DNA of 64,000 nucleotides from Fibrobacteria bacterium (lineage in GTDB: Bacteria > Fibrobacterota > Fibrobacteria > UBA11236), in assembly GCA_025360005.1 (NCBI GenBank), contig JANYDA010000032.1, forward strand, positions 148,624 through 212,623, written 5' to 3'. The number at the start of each line of letters is the position of its first letter. Positions within the stretch are counted from its first letter, which is position 1. This document shows, one piece after another, positions 48,883-59,233 of the stretch. Position numbers and translations under genes: made by a program. The notes below the pieces were generated by a model. The model saw only the letters and a program-made list of their open reading frames with translations. It had not been told where the DNA came from and made no database searches.

Positions 48883-49014
48883 GCACGCATAAGGTAAAAA
48901 TTACTTCCCGGTTTTTTTTATCTTGCTGGCTTGTATCCGCAGGCCCCCGGTGGCCCCAAAGGCATCGTCATCCGCGGGCCGGGGCACGGAAGGCGCCCAG
49001 CAAGGAGTGGCCGA

Positions 49015-49920
49015 ATGGATTCAGGTAAAGTTTGGAACAAAATGGCGTCCGCCTTGTCGTTGGGTTGCTCCGTGCTTTCCTTGGCGGGATGCGGGACCGG
49101 CGAGCCTTCCGATACCACCCCACCGGATCCTATGATAAACCTGGAAAAGTCGCAAGGGAAATACCGCTTCAGCGTCACCGATACCATCGCCATCGATTTC
49201 AGCGAAGCCATCGACACCGCGGGCCTGGCGATAGCCGTCTCTCCCCAGGAGGGCCTACAGCACCGCTTCCAGGGCCGCGACCGCCTGCTCATCTTCGGCA
49301 CGGCTAAAACCTCCGGCACGCCCCACTTCAACATCGACTCCCCCTTTTCGCTCACGCTCGCCGGACTCAAGGACCTGGCCGGGAATGGACGCGGGGAGAT
49401 TTCGGAATCCTTCGCGCCCTATGCCTGGGCGGACCGGGATTTCATCGACACTACCTTTAACAGCTACGACTCCCTTTTCACCCCCGATTCCATGTGGGTG
49501 GACGGCACTCCGTTGACGGACACCATCGTTACCGAAGGCTGGCTCAACTTCAACAACAATTTCGGCAAGGAGGACAGGCAGGATTTCAAAATCGTCCGCA
49601 TGGTCCCGCCCGATACCCTGAAACTGTCGCTGGCTTGTTCCAAATCCCTCAACCTCCGTATGCAGATCGCCGGTCCGTTCCCGGAGAAGGGGCTGGATTC
49701 CGCATTGGCCGACTTTTCCTTTACCGACTCATCATTCTACTCGGACTCGACCCGGACCCGTGGGATACTGGCTTCTCAATTCACCGCCGATTTCACCACG
49801 CATTTTCATGTTTTCCATGATTCTCAAAAAGCCGGTATCTATGCCGTCAGATTGAGCATTCCGGAAAATACCAAGGGCTTTTACCGGCTTGGATTGCGGG
49901 TTCTCCGCGGCAAACCCTGA
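49015..49920 (+). CDS. Putative lipoprotein with Ig-like domain
   Basis: Lipobox LAGC; IDFSEAID...LKDLAGN Ig-like signature. Confidence 0.7.
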   Translation: MDSGKVWNKMASALSLGCSVLSLAGCGTGEPSDTTPPDPMINLEKSQGKYRFSVTDTIAIDFSEAIDTAGLAIAVSPQEGLQHRFQGRDRLLIFGTAKTSGTPHFNIDSPFSLTLAGLKDLAGNGRGEISESFAPYAWADRDFIDTTFNSYDSLFTPDSMWVDGTPLTDTIVTEGWLNFNNNFGKEDRQDFKIVRMVPPDTLKLSLACSKSLNLRMQIAGPFPEKGLDSALADFSFTDSSFYSDSTRTRGILASQFTADFTTHFHVFHDSQKAGIYAVRLSIPENTKGFYRLGLRVLRGKP

Positions 49921-50019
49921 CACCGTCGGCGGGACCCTTCCGGAAAATCTCGCAGGAAAAACGGCCTTAAGGCTGACAGATTCACGCGGGTTGTTTATCT
50001 TTCCCCTTCCCCAAATTAT

Positions 50020-50093
50020 GCGGGTGTGGCCAAACTGGATAAGGCATCTGACTACGAATCAGAAGATTCCAGGTTCGACTCCTGGCACTCGCA
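50020..50093 (+). tRNA. tRNA-Arg (anticodon ACG)
   Basis: Acceptor GCGGGTG/CACTCGC, anticodon arm TCTGA-CTACGAA-TCAGA, T-arm CCAGG-TTCGACT-CCTGG; CCA not encoded. Confidence 0.96.
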
Positions 50094-50234
50094 CTTTTCT
50101 TTTCCCTTAAGTCGACATTGAAGGAGCCAGCAAGGCTCCCGGGCCCCGAGCGGGCTCGATGGGAGAAGGAAGCCGGAAATTCCGGCGGGTGCCGAATCCG
50201 TTCCCATCGACGGGCCTTTTGTAGCCGGGATTTG

Positions 50235-50501
50235 CTAGGCTACCGTGCTGTGCCTAAAGGAGGCTTCCTTCATGGAGACGAGCGCCTCCATGATGCATTC
50301 GCACTTCTTGATGAATTGCAAACAGGTCTCCCGCTCGCTGGCGGAGTCGCGCTCTACGAAAATGCGCGCGGAATCCCGGACAACCGTTTCCATTTGCTGC
50401 GCCGAGAGGAAGTCCGCGTAGCAGTCGAGAAGACCGGACAAAACTTGGAACCGGTAAATGTCATCCCGACGATCATTTCTGGAATCGTTCTTGGCCAGCA
50501 T
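50235..50501 (-). CDS. Small hypothetical protein
   Basis: 88-aa helical-looking ORF filling the gap after the tRNA. Confidence 0.5.
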   Translation of the reverse strand: MLAKNDSRNDRRDDIYRFQVLSGLLDCYADFLSAQQMETVVRDSARIFVERDSASERETCLQFIKKCECIMEALVSMKEASFRHSTVA

Positions 50502-50567
50502 GGGATCCCCCGGGTTGGTTGTTTGATATGGTAATACGCGGAACCCTGTGAGAGCCACCCTAAATGC

Positions 50568-51191
50568 TCAAGGGGAGTGCAAAAGAATCCCGGCTGTCAG
50601 ACGCACATCGCGATTCCGCCATTCGCGAACATCCCCTTTGGCCCCGTCCAGCAAATTGGTGAATCCGTGGGAATACCGGGCATCGGCGGTAATCTCGATC
50701 AGCGGGGTAAGGCCGAAATCGATGCCGCCTCCCACCTGCCCCGCCAGCCCCGTTTTGGCCACGCCGGAATTCCCCAAATCTCCATCGGTCGCCACGTGGC
50801 CGCTGGCGTCCGTATTGAACACCACATCCGGGCCCAGGAAACCGTATACGCCCAGGCCCGCCAAGCCCAAACGCGCTTTCAGAAGCACGGGAACCTCCAG
50901 GTTCACGAATCGGCCGCGCCCGGGAATGGCGTTACCCCCCGCGTCGAACTTGACGCCGCTTTCCACCAGCATCGGATCCACCATTATGCCCAGGAACGGA
51001 AGCATCAATCCCATTTCCATGCGGGCGCCGTAGGCCCAGCCGGTTATGGAATGGGTGGTATGCCCTTTCACGTCGGCATTCGCCAGATTGATCCCCGCCA
51101 GCGGGCCAAGGCCCCAACCGGCCTCGGCCCGAGCGGCTGCCGAGAGCGCCAGCAGGGAAATGATAAGCCTTAATGTTTTGATCGCACGCAT
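50568..51191 (-). CDS. Outer-membrane beta-barrel protein (PorT/porin family-like)
   Basis: Signal peptide; GPLAGINLA, NLEVPVLLK, FLGP, DARYSHGFTN; AAAGGAG RBS. Confidence 0.8.
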   Translation of the reverse strand: MRAIKTLRLIISLLALSAAARAEAGWGLGPLAGINLANADVKGHTTHSITGWAYGARMEMGLMLPFLGIMVDPMLVESGVKFDAGGNAIPGRGRFVNLEVPVLLKARLGLAGLGVYGFLGPDVVFNTDASGHVATDGDLGNSGVAKTGLAGQVGGGIDFGLTPLIEITADARYSHGFTNLLDGAKGDVREWRNRDVRLTAGILLHSP

Positions 51192-51358
51192 GAGGTTTCT
51201 CCTTTCGTTCCGTTGATCCGCAGAACGCGGATGCAAGGGTCGATACAGGCAAACAAGTTTATGCGGAGCGCGGATGAAAGCATGGTGGCGGGCGGTAGGC
51301 GGCAGGCGGATGGGAAATGATTATTCCCCCCTCCCCGGTAATTACATATATTTCGGGA

Positions 51359-51688
51359 ATGAGCATCGATAACATCGCCTCGGTGATTTTGGAAAAACTG
51401 CGCGGCATCGCCCAGACTGAAACCGTGATTGGCAAGCCGATCACGGTGGACAATACCACCTTGATCCCCGTGTCCAAGGTCTCCTTGGGATTCGGATTGG
51501 GAGCCAATACCGGCAAGTCGGAATTGAGCGGCTCCGGCGGCGGGCTTACGGTGGAACCCATCGCGTTCATCGTGGTGAGCGAAGGCAATGCGCGCTTGAT
51601 GAGCCTGACCCGTGAGAAGGATGTTTTCGGGAAAGCCATAGATATGGTGCCCGATGTGCTCGCCATGTTGAAGAAGGATAAAGCTTAG
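51359..51688 (+). CDS. GerW/YtfJ family protein
   Basis: ETVIGKPI, LIPVSKVSLGFG, GSGGG..VEPIAFIVV. Confidence 0.88.
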   Translation: MSIDNIASVILEKLRGIAQTETVIGKPITVDNTTLIPVSKVSLGFGLGANTGKSELSGSGGGLTVEPIAFIVVSEGNARLMSLTREKDVFGKAIDMVPDVLAMLKKDKA

Positions 51689-51733
51689 GCTTTAATCCCG
51701 GCGGCCAATTCGCTCAGGCCGCCGCCCCCCGAC

Positions 51734-53062
51734 CTACACCATTTCCTTGAAACGCTTCTCCAGGATGGCCCGGACCTTTTCCGTGTCGGCGGGGCATTCG
51801 GAAATCGGATTCGCGTACTTGGCATTCACTCCGGCCAGTTCGGACTTGTGGTACTTGGTCTTGAACTCGGAGAACTTCAAGCCATGGGCGGTAGAGACCA
51901 CCACGATCCGATCCTTGCGCGAAACCGCCTTCTCGTCGACCATTTGCAGCAAGGCCCCGATGGCCACGCCCGTATGCGGATCGCAGTACAGGCCGGTGCG
52001 ATCGGCCAGGTGGGCCGCGTTCGCCAATTGCTCTTCCGTCACCTGGTAGACCATGCCGGAATATTTCTTCAGCACGCGCACGGCGCGTTCATAGCTGACC
52101 GGATTCCCGATCTGGATGGCCGAAGCCTCCGTCTTCCCGGCCTGCATGGGCGCGAACTTGGAGAAGCCGGATTGAAAGGCGCGGTAAAGAGGATTGGCAT
52201 TGGCGGCCTGGGCCACCACGATGCGGGGCTTGCGATCGATGAGACCCAGCTCCAGCATCATGTCGAATCCGCGGCCGAGCGCGGACACGTTGCCCAGATT
52301 ACCGCCGGGGATGATGATCACGTCCGGCACTTCCCAGCCGAATTGCTGGCAGAGCTCAAGGCTGATGGTTTTCTGTCCTTCGATGCGCAGCGAGTTCATG
52401 GAGTTGGCCAAGTATAGGCTCTTGTCCTCCGTGATTTCCTGGACCACCTTCATGCACCCGTCGAAATCCGTGTCCAGGGAGATGACGATGGACCCATTGG
52501 AAATGGGCTGGATCAATTGGGCCACGCTGATCTTATTGCCCGGCAGAAAGACGACGGAAGGGATTCCGGCCGCGGCGCAATAGGCGGCCAGCGCGGCGGA
52601 AGTGTCCCCGGTAGAGGCGCAAGCCACCGCCTTGATGGGCACGCCTCTCCGGCGCATATGGTTCACCTGGGAGACCAGTACCGTCATCCCCAGGTCCTTG
52701 AAAGAGCCGGTGTGGCTGTTGCCGCACAACTTGATCCACAGATCGTCCAGGCCCACGTGCTCGCCTAAACGCTTGGCATAGAACAGATTGGTCCAGCCTT
52801 CGTTCAGGGAGATGATGTCCTCGTCGGCGATGCCGGGAAGCACCCATTCCTTTTTGCCCCAGACTCCGGAAGCGTAAGGCCATTGGTGGCTGCCGCAACG
52901 GGATTCAAAGAGGGTTTTCCAATCCTGGGCGGAGCGGGTACGCAATTGCACCATATCGTGCTCTACTTCGAGCAATCCCCCGTCCGAATCGCGATAAACG
53001 ACTTGGTCCAAGGGAAACGTGTTGTCGGTTCGATGACCTTTGAAGCAAGCGTTGAAAGCCAT
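51734..53062 (-). CDS. thrC: Threonine synthase (plant-like subtype)
   Basis: HTGSFKDLG PLP lysine, CASTGDTSAAL, RIEGQKT, PGGNLGN, STAHGLKF. Confidence 0.95.
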   Translation of the reverse strand: MAFNACFKGHRTDNTFPLDQVVYRDSDGGLLEVEHDMVQLRTRSAQDWKTLFESRCGSHQWPYASGVWGKKEWVLPGIADEDIISLNEGWTNLFYAKRLGEHVGLDDLWIKLCGNSHTGSFKDLGMTVLVSQVNHMRRRGVPIKAVACASTGDTSAALAAYCAAAGIPSVVFLPGNKISVAQLIQPISNGSIVISLDTDFDGCMKVVQEITEDKSLYLANSMNSLRIEGQKTISLELCQQFGWEVPDVIIIPGGNLGNVSALGRGFDMMLELGLIDRKPRIVVAQAANANPLYRAFQSGFSKFAPMQAGKTEASAIQIGNPVSYERAVRVLKKYSGMVYQVTEEQLANAAHLADRTGLYCDPHTGVAIGALLQMVDEKAVSRKDRIVVVSTAHGLKFSEFKTKYHKSELAGVNAKYANPISECPADTEKVRAILEKRFKEMV

Positions 53063-53213
53063 GGGCCCAATGTAGGAATTTCCCGCCGGCGATTTTTTCC
53101 AGGCCCGAATATTTATATTTTCACGCGGTTCTCCCTCATGGAGGGACTTAACTGGCGGGTGAATTTCCCCGCCATTTGCAAAGCCCGGATTTGCAGAAAG
53201 CCTTATCCCCCCT

Positions 53214-55106
53214 ATGGGTGCCAAGCCGATTTTTGCCTTTCGTTTCCCTTCCCGTTCCATCCTCAAGGTCCTTGCGGCCGGAGCGCTGGCGCTGGCGGTA
53301 TCGTCCTGCATTTCAGATGGCCCCAACCGCACGGGCGGGGAATACCTGGCCCAGAACGGTGTGTTGCTGAAGGATCCGCTCTACCATGTTTCCCTCAAGA
53401 ATATCCCCGTCGACAGCTTTTGGACCACGGATGGCGAGGGCTCCCATCTGGGGGACAGCACCATGCTGGTCGGCCGCTCCGGGGACTTCTCGGCCGAAGG
53501 CCGCATCGCTTTCCAAATCAGCGATACCGCCATCCTTTATAATATGGATATCACCAAGGCGTTCACGCTCAAGCTTTCGCTGGGCTTTCCGGCCTGGACC
53601 TCCGGCCTGAGCGCCTTGCATGCCTCGGTCGCCACGGACCCCGCCCACCCCATCGATTCCATCCCGTTTGAAGTCCTTACCTGGGAGACTACCAGCCTTG
53701 GCCTCACCGACGACCAATGGACCGATACCGTCAACACTTGGAACCGCCGCTATCTGAACCGGGAAGATACCCTCGCCGCGTTGGACACCTCGCACATGAT
53801 CCGGGATACCATTTACCTCCGCTACGACTCGGCGTATACAAGGAACACGCCCCAGGCCAAACCGCTTCCCAACCTGCATGGCCGGTTGTCCCTTGCGCGC
53901 GGCGTCAAGCATATGCTGGAGATGCGTTTGGTCCGGATCTCCAAGGACAGCGTCGATGCTCCGGGAGGCATCCTGCGCTTGGGCGGCTTCACGGGAAGCA
54001 CGGAAGCGGAACTGGTCTACGGCCCTCTTCTCGTGTTCGGGAATTACGACAGCATCACCGGAGTGCCCACCGCCAACCGATTGCGGCCCATGCTTCTGGC
54101 GAGCGGCAAAACCATGGTCAATTACACCCTGAAGTACGCGGGCCCCAAGAACAATATCGTAACCGGCAAGATACGTGGCCTGCATGTTATCCTGGATCGC
54201 AAGACCCTGTTGGACAGCATCGACGCCAGCCTGCGGCTCCAGCACCTGCCGGTGCAGCCCCGTGCGGCCTCGGGCGACTATGACGCCGCCTACTTCGTGC
54301 CCTTCGCGAAAATCACCCTTCCCCTGGATGCGGCCCATTCCAATTTTGAAGGCGGCTATCCCTTGATCATAAACATGATCACCGCCATGGACACCCTCCT
54401 GGGGGACATCGTCGCCGGAGGCATCCGCATCGATACGGTCCTGGATAACACTTCCAAGGTTCTTTTCCACACCTATGAGTCGGGGCAGCCCGGAAAAATC
54501 CATGACGACGTCAGCATCGTCTACGCGGACGCCAGGAAGCCGGGCGATTCGCTTCGCACCGTGATCGTCAAATATTCGGTGGATACCCTGAAGAACGACA
54601 CCTTGTTCGTCCGGGTGGGGGAAGCGAAACAGAGAACCACGATATTGACGGGATACGGCTCCACCCGCCTGTACCTGGACTTCACCTCCCAAGAGGCCTC
54701 CTTGCTGGTCCGCAGCTATTTCACCAACAAGGCGGAAGTGGAGAACAACGAGTACCGGGATCCGCAAACGGGAGAAACCATTACCGATTTGGCCACCCGC
54801 TTGCCGCGATTCCTGAAGCCGGGGCAAACCGAATTGCCTCTGCGGGCAACGGACGGGTTCCAGCGGCTGCTCAACCGGACCCAATCGAATGCGAGCGTAT
54901 TGCAGGATTTCCAATTCCAGCCCGCGGCTTTTCCAGCGGTGGACCCCAAGACCTTGACGGACAAAGACGGCGCCGCTGTCTCCGGCGAAGACAAGGTCCC
55001 GGTGGTGGTTGAATATCCGGTGCTATCCGTGGTGGTTCCCCGCATCCAAGGCAATGACCTGAAAGTCGACGTGGATCTTTACCTCTATCCTTTGAAGGCG
55101 CGCTGA
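53214..55106 (+). CDS. Large hypothetical lipoprotein
   Basis: Lipobox AVSSC; 630-aa beta-rich ORF ending VDLYLY. Confidence 0.75.
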   Translation: MGAKPIFAFRFPSRSILKVLAAGALALAVSSCISDGPNRTGGEYLAQNGVLLKDPLYHVSLKNIPVDSFWTTDGEGSHLGDSTMLVGRSGDFSAEGRIAFQISDTAILYNMDITKAFTLKLSLGFPAWTSGLSALHASVATDPAHPIDSIPFEVLTWETTSLGLTDDQWTDTVNTWNRRYLNREDTLAALDTSHMIRDTIYLRYDSAYTRNTPQAKPLPNLHGRLSLARGVKHMLEMRLVRISKDSVDAPGGILRLGGFTGSTEAELVYGPLLVFGNYDSITGVPTANRLRPMLLASGKTMVNYTLKYAGPKNNIVTGKIRGLHVILDRKTLLDSIDASLRLQHLPVQPRAASGDYDAAYFVPFAKITLPLDAAHSNFEGGYPLIINMITAMDTLLGDIVAGGIRIDTVLDNTSKVLFHTYESGQPGKIHDDVSIVYADARKPGDSLRTVIVKYSVDTLKNDTLFVRVGEAKQRTTILTGYGSTRLYLDFTSQEASLLVRSYFTNKAEVENNEYRDPQTGETITDLATRLPRFLKPGQTELPLRATDGFQRLLNRTQSNASVLQDFQFQPAAFPAVDPKTLTDKDGAAVSGEDKVPVVVEYPVLSVVVPRIQGNDLKVDVDLYLYPLKAR

Positions 55107-55107
55107 A

Positions 55108-56328
55108 ATGGGCTTACTTTCGTTCCGAACTTCGCGTCTCCTTTCCGCAAGCGCAGCCCTTTGCCTGGCTGCTTCCCTTTCCTTTGGGGAAACCTCTCCC
55201 CTAAGCGTTCTCAAGGAAGGCTTCGGCCCGGAAATCAGCCCGTATAATGCGCGGGAAAAAGGCATGGGAGAAGCCGGACTGGCTTCCATCAACCGCTTCG
55301 GCCCTTCCATTCCCAACCCGTCCAAAACCGCCTTCAATGAGAAGACCTCTTTCTCGGCAACCTTCGACACGGACTTGGATTGGGTGCGTGACGACGAAAC
55401 CTCCAACCGGACCACCAGCTTCGTCCTCCCCGACATCGCCCTGAACTTTCAAACCCGCTGGCCCTTGAACGTCGGCCTGTATTATCGCCAGCGTTTCGGC
55501 CGCAATTACAGCATCTTGCCCCAGATCCAGACCGATCCGAATGTGGTTGAATCCTATACCACGGAAGGCGGAATCTACGAGTTGGCGGGCACCCTTGCCT
55601 ATGCGCCCAAGCCTTTCCTGGCCTTGGCATTGGGCTATCACTTTTTGATCGGCAAGGAACGCACCATCGAAAGCGGCGCCTTCAATCAGAACCCCAACTC
55701 TGAAGATTTATATAACGGCAAGAATCTGAACGGGGATACCCTGTCGACCCGCAGCAGCGGCAATTACCCTTCCGCGTCCGTGACCTTCCGCCAAAAGACC
55801 TTCAGCCTGGCGGCGACGGGAACACTGGCCACCAGCCTGGATAGGACCTTCAATCGCACCATTACCAATATGGTCTCCACGGAAAAAAGCGAAGACCAGC
55901 GCGATTTGCCTTGGACATTGCAAGTGGGAGGATCGTACAAGCCCAAAGCGAACCAGACCCTGGCGGCGGATTTCGCATATGAAGCCTGGGACAACGCCTA
56001 TTCCCAATTGCTGAATCCCGCGCTCCATGCCGGTCTGGGTTATGAATACCAAGGTGTCGCCAGCCCTTACGAGCCCTATTTCCGAAAAGTTGCGTTTCGA
56101 GGGGGCTTAGGGTTTGAAAGGTTATATTTGGATGAGACCAACCTCTATTTCGCAACCTTGGGCAGCGGGTTGCCCTTGGGGAGAAGAGGAAACATTCTCG
56201 ATGTCGCATTAAAGTATGGACACCGTGGCAGGCTAGAAAATAGTTTATGGTCAGAGGATTTTTTGAAAGTTTCCGTGACTTTGACCGGTGTCAGCGTATG
56301 GGGACAGCCAATCCGCACACGCAGATAA
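55108..56328 (+). CDS. Outer-membrane beta-barrel (FadL/PorV-like)
   Basis: Signal peptide; AREKGMGEAGLA...NPS N-terminal motif; FRGGLG, LDVALKYG strands. Confidence 0.7.
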   Translation: MGLLSFRTSRLLSASAALCLAASLSFGETSPLSVLKEGFGPEISPYNAREKGMGEAGLASINRFGPSIPNPSKTAFNEKTSFSATFDTDLDWVRDDETSNRTTSFVLPDIALNFQTRWPLNVGLYYRQRFGRNYSILPQIQTDPNVVESYTTEGGIYELAGTLAYAPKPFLALALGYHFLIGKERTIESGAFNQNPNSEDLYNGKNLNGDTLSTRSSGNYPSASVTFRQKTFSLAATGTLATSLDRTFNRTITNMVSTEKSEDQRDLPWTLQVGGSYKPKANQTLAADFAYEAWDNAYSQLLNPALHAGLGYEYQGVASPYEPYFRKVAFRGGLGFERLYLDETNLYFATLGSGLPLGRRGNILDVALKYGHRGRLENSLWSEDFLKVSVTLTGVSVWGQPIRTRR

Positions 56329-56355
56329 CCGGTGCGACTCCCTGGAGGTTCGACC

Positions 56356-57636
56356 GTGAAAAACAAACTGGATAAGAACTCTAAACGCCCTTCCGGCAAA
56401 TCCAAGGATGCCTCCTCCTCGGACACCAAGGGTAAGGGGAAAGGGGCCAAATCCGCATCCAAGTCCATTCCCGCCCCCGCTGCGAAAAAAGTAAAATCCG
56501 GTAAAGACTCGAAACCGGCCAAGGCAAATTCCAAGTCCGCCTCGGCTTCCAGGGAATCCAAGGCCGAAGAACGGACATCCCCGGGAAAATCCCAATCCCC
56601 TTCCCAAGCCAATCGAAAAGCCTCCGCCCCGGTTTCCAAAAGGCCGGCCGCCTTGAAACCCGCCGCGCGCGCGCGCGGTAAGGCCGAAACCGCCCAATCC
56701 GACGGCGATTTGAGCCTTGACGAGTTTTCCATTTCCCTCATCAAAGCGGGCGAAACCAAAGAACGCATCTGGCGCACCAAGAGCTTTCAACAACAGCCCG
56801 CGCAGCGGGATTTCGGATTTCCCGACGTGGCTCCGGAGCTGCCCGGACATTACAGCCAACCCAAGTTGGTTTTGATGCCCAAGGATCCGGAATACATGTT
56901 CTGCTATTGGGAGCTCACACCGAACTTGGTAGAGGAAAAGGGACGGGCGAAACTGCCGGGAGGCAACTATCGCGAGACTCTGAAAATCAACTGGGAGTCC
57001 AAGTCTTTATTTGAACCCAACTTCACCTTCATCCCCGTATTTTTCTGGGCCCGTAAATGGTACTTCGGGGTACCCCAGGTAGGCCAGCGGTATCAAGTGG
57101 AATTGGGATGGCTTTCCGAAGTCGGCCATTTCATCTCCATCATCGGATCCAATCTCTCGGAGCTTCCGGAAAGCTGGGCGGCCACGCAAAAGCGCCTTGC
57201 CGACCAGGGGGAGATCCTGGCCTATTCCTCCAGCCATACCAAGACCTTGGGCAGTTCCGATCACCTTGTAGTCGAGGATATCCGCAGCTTCGTGCCGGAA
57301 TGGAACCTCAGCTCGGAAAGCATGAGCTCCTCGTCCTGGTCCAGCGCCATTGCGGGGGAAAACATAGCCGGTTCAGCCGATGGGAAGCCCGCGCAATCAG
57401 TTCCACGCGCGGCCAAACCGCGCTCTTCCGCAGCCAAGGCGCGTCTGGAAGTCTCCGGCAAGGTCCGGCCGGGAATCCGCGTCTCCGTCAGCGGCAACGC
57501 CGTTTTCATCGACGACCGGGGTTTTTTCAAAACGGAATTCCCCCACAGCAAAGATACCCTCGAGGTAGAGTTGACCTCCCTTTCAGGCGCCAGCCGCTCC
57601 TTCACTTATGACCTCAAGGAGTTGGTCCTGAACTGA
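56356..57636 (+). CDS. DUF4912 domain protein with Lys/Ser/Ala-rich N-terminus
   Basis: ELPGHYSQPKLVLMPKDPEYMFCYWEL, KWYF, YQVELG; GGAGG before GTG. Confidence 0.85.
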   Translation: MKNKLDKNSKRPSGKSKDASSSDTKGKGKGAKSASKSIPAPAAKKVKSGKDSKPAKANSKSASASRESKAEERTSPGKSQSPSQANRKASAPVSKRPAALKPAARARGKAETAQSDGDLSLDEFSISLIKAGETKERIWRTKSFQQQPAQRDFGFPDVAPELPGHYSQPKLVLMPKDPEYMFCYWELTPNLVEEKGRAKLPGGNYRETLKINWESKSLFEPNFTFIPVFFWARKWYFGVPQVGQRYQVELGWLSEVGHFISIIGSNLSELPESWAATQKRLADQGEILAYSSSHTKTLGSSDHLVVEDIRSFVPEWNLSSESMSSSSWSSAIAGENIAGSADGKPAQSVPRAAKPRSSAAKARLEVSGKVRPGIRVSVSGNAVFIDDRGFFKTEFPHSKDTLEVELTSLSGASRSFTYDLKELVLN

Positions 57637-59207
57637 TGGGTTACCTGAATTTCGTACTGCACGCCCATCTGCCTTACGTCCGACATCCCGAACATGCCCG
57701 CTTCCTGGAAGAGGATTGGTTCTTCGAGGCCATAACCGAGACCTATATCCCCCTGCTTCAGGAGTTCGAGGCCTTGGCCAAGGAGCGCCTGCCTTTCAAG
57801 ATCACCATGAGCCTGACCCCGCCCTTGTGCGAGATGCTCGCCGATGAATTGCTGCAAACACGTTACATTAATCACATCAATAGACTACGCGAGCTGGCGG
57901 AAAAGGAATGCACCCGGACCAAGAACGATCCTGCCTTTTGCTACCTGGCGGCCATGTACCGCAATCTTTTCGAGAAATGCCACAAGGTGTTCAACGGCTA
58001 CGATCGCAACCTGCTGAACGGCTTCCGGAAATTCCAAAAGCTGGGCAACCTGGAAATCATCACTTGCGGAGCCACCCATGGCTTTCTGCCCAACCTGCGG
58101 ATCTCGCCGCGCGCGGTCGAGGCCCAATTGGCCGTGGCGGTGGGCAATTACTGGAAGCACTTCGGGCAGGAACCCTGGGGAATCTGGCTGGGCGAATGCG
58201 GCTACTATCGCGGCCTGGACAAGCTCATCAAGGAAGCCGGCCTCAAGTATTTCTTCGTGGACACGCTCGGCATCCTGCAAGGGGATCCGCCTTCGCCCAA
58301 AGGCAATTACGCTCCCGTGGAAACGCCGCATGGCGCCTTCGCCTTCGCCCGCGACCAGGAATCCTCAAAGGCGGTCTGGTCCGCGGAGGAGGGATACCCG
58401 GGGGACTTCCGGTACCGGGAATTTTACCGGGACGTGGGGTTCGATCTGGACATGCAGTACATCGGCCCGTATATCCATCCCATGGGCCTGCGCATCAATA
58501 CCGGCATCAAGTACTACCGCATCACCGGCAAGGGCAATTCCAAGGAACCGTATGTCGAGGATGCCGCCAAGCAGGCCACCCGCGAGCATGCGGATAATTT
58601 CATATTCAACCGTGACAAGCAGGACGAATGGCTTTCCGGACGGCTGGGCACCCCGGCCTGCATCGTATGCCCCTATGACGCGGAGCTTTTCGGCCATTGG
58701 TGGTACGAGGGACCGATGTTCCTTGGGAACGTGATGCGCAAGCTGCTCACGGAAAAGAACCACCGCGTGCACCTGTCCACCCCGCGCGACTACCTGATGT
58801 CCCACCGGGATGCCCCCCGATCGGATCCGGCCTTCTCTTCCTGGGGCGCCGGAGGCTATGCAGACGTGTGGTTGAACGGCAGCAACGATTGGATCTATCC
58901 CCATCTCCATGAAATCGGGGACCTGATGCATGAGGTGGCCGGCCTGCCCTCGGCAGGGGATCAGGATCGCCGCGCGCGCAACCAGATGGCGCGGGAGCTC
59001 CTGCTGGCGCAGTCATCGGATTGGGCCTTTATCATGAAAACGGGCACCATGGTTGACTATGCGGTCAAGCGCACCAAGGTGCATGTACACAATTGCCTGG
59101 AGCTATACCGGCAAATCCGCACCGCTTCCATCTATGAGCCCTTCCTCCGGAACCTGGAAGCCACGGACAACGTCTTCCCGGAAATCGACTACCAGGTCTA
59201 CGCCTAG
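57636..59207 (+). CDS. GH57 1,4-alpha-glucan branching enzyme (DUF1957)
   Basis: LHAHLPYV, EAITETYIP, ATHGFLP, WLGECGY, PYDAELFGHWWYEG, LLAQSSDWAF. Confidence 0.95.
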   Translation: MGYLNFVLHAHLPYVRHPEHARFLEEDWFFEAITETYIPLLQEFEALAKERLPFKITMSLTPPLCEMLADELLQTRYINHINRLRELAEKECTRTKNDPAFCYLAAMYRNLFEKCHKVFNGYDRNLLNGFRKFQKLGNLEIITCGATHGFLPNLRISPRAVEAQLAVAVGNYWKHFGQEPWGIWLGECGYYRGLDKLIKEAGLKYFFVDTLGILQGDPPSPKGNYAPVETPHGAFAFARDQESSKAVWSAEEGYPGDFRYREFYRDVGFDLDMQYIGPYIHPMGLRINTGIKYYRITGKGNSKEPYVEDAAKQATREHADNFIFNRDKQDEWLSGRLGTPACIVCPYDAELFGHWWYEGPMFLGNVMRKLLTEKNHRVHLSTPRDYLMSHRDAPRSDPAFSSWGAGGYADVWLNGSNDWIYPHLHEIGDLMHEVAGLPSAGDQDRRARNQMARELLLAQSSDWAFIMKTGTMVDYAVKRTKVHVHNCLELYRQIRTASIYEPFLRNLEATDNVFPEIDYQVYA

Positions 59208-59210
59208 CAC

Positions 59211-59233
59211 AGGCCCCCTTCATGCGGGGGCTT
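59211..59233 (+). terminator. Hairpin after GH57 gene
   Basis: AGGCCCCC-TTCATGC-GGGGGCTT directly after the stop; short U tail. Confidence 0.45.

Noticed and set aside
50094..50560. Possible genomic island at tRNA-Arg
   Set aside because: No integrase and no duplicated tRNA 3' end seen; ordinary genes follow.
51359..51688. Sporulation inferred from GerW/YtfJ gene
   Set aside because: The family occurs widely in non-sporulating bacteria; no other sporulation genes here.
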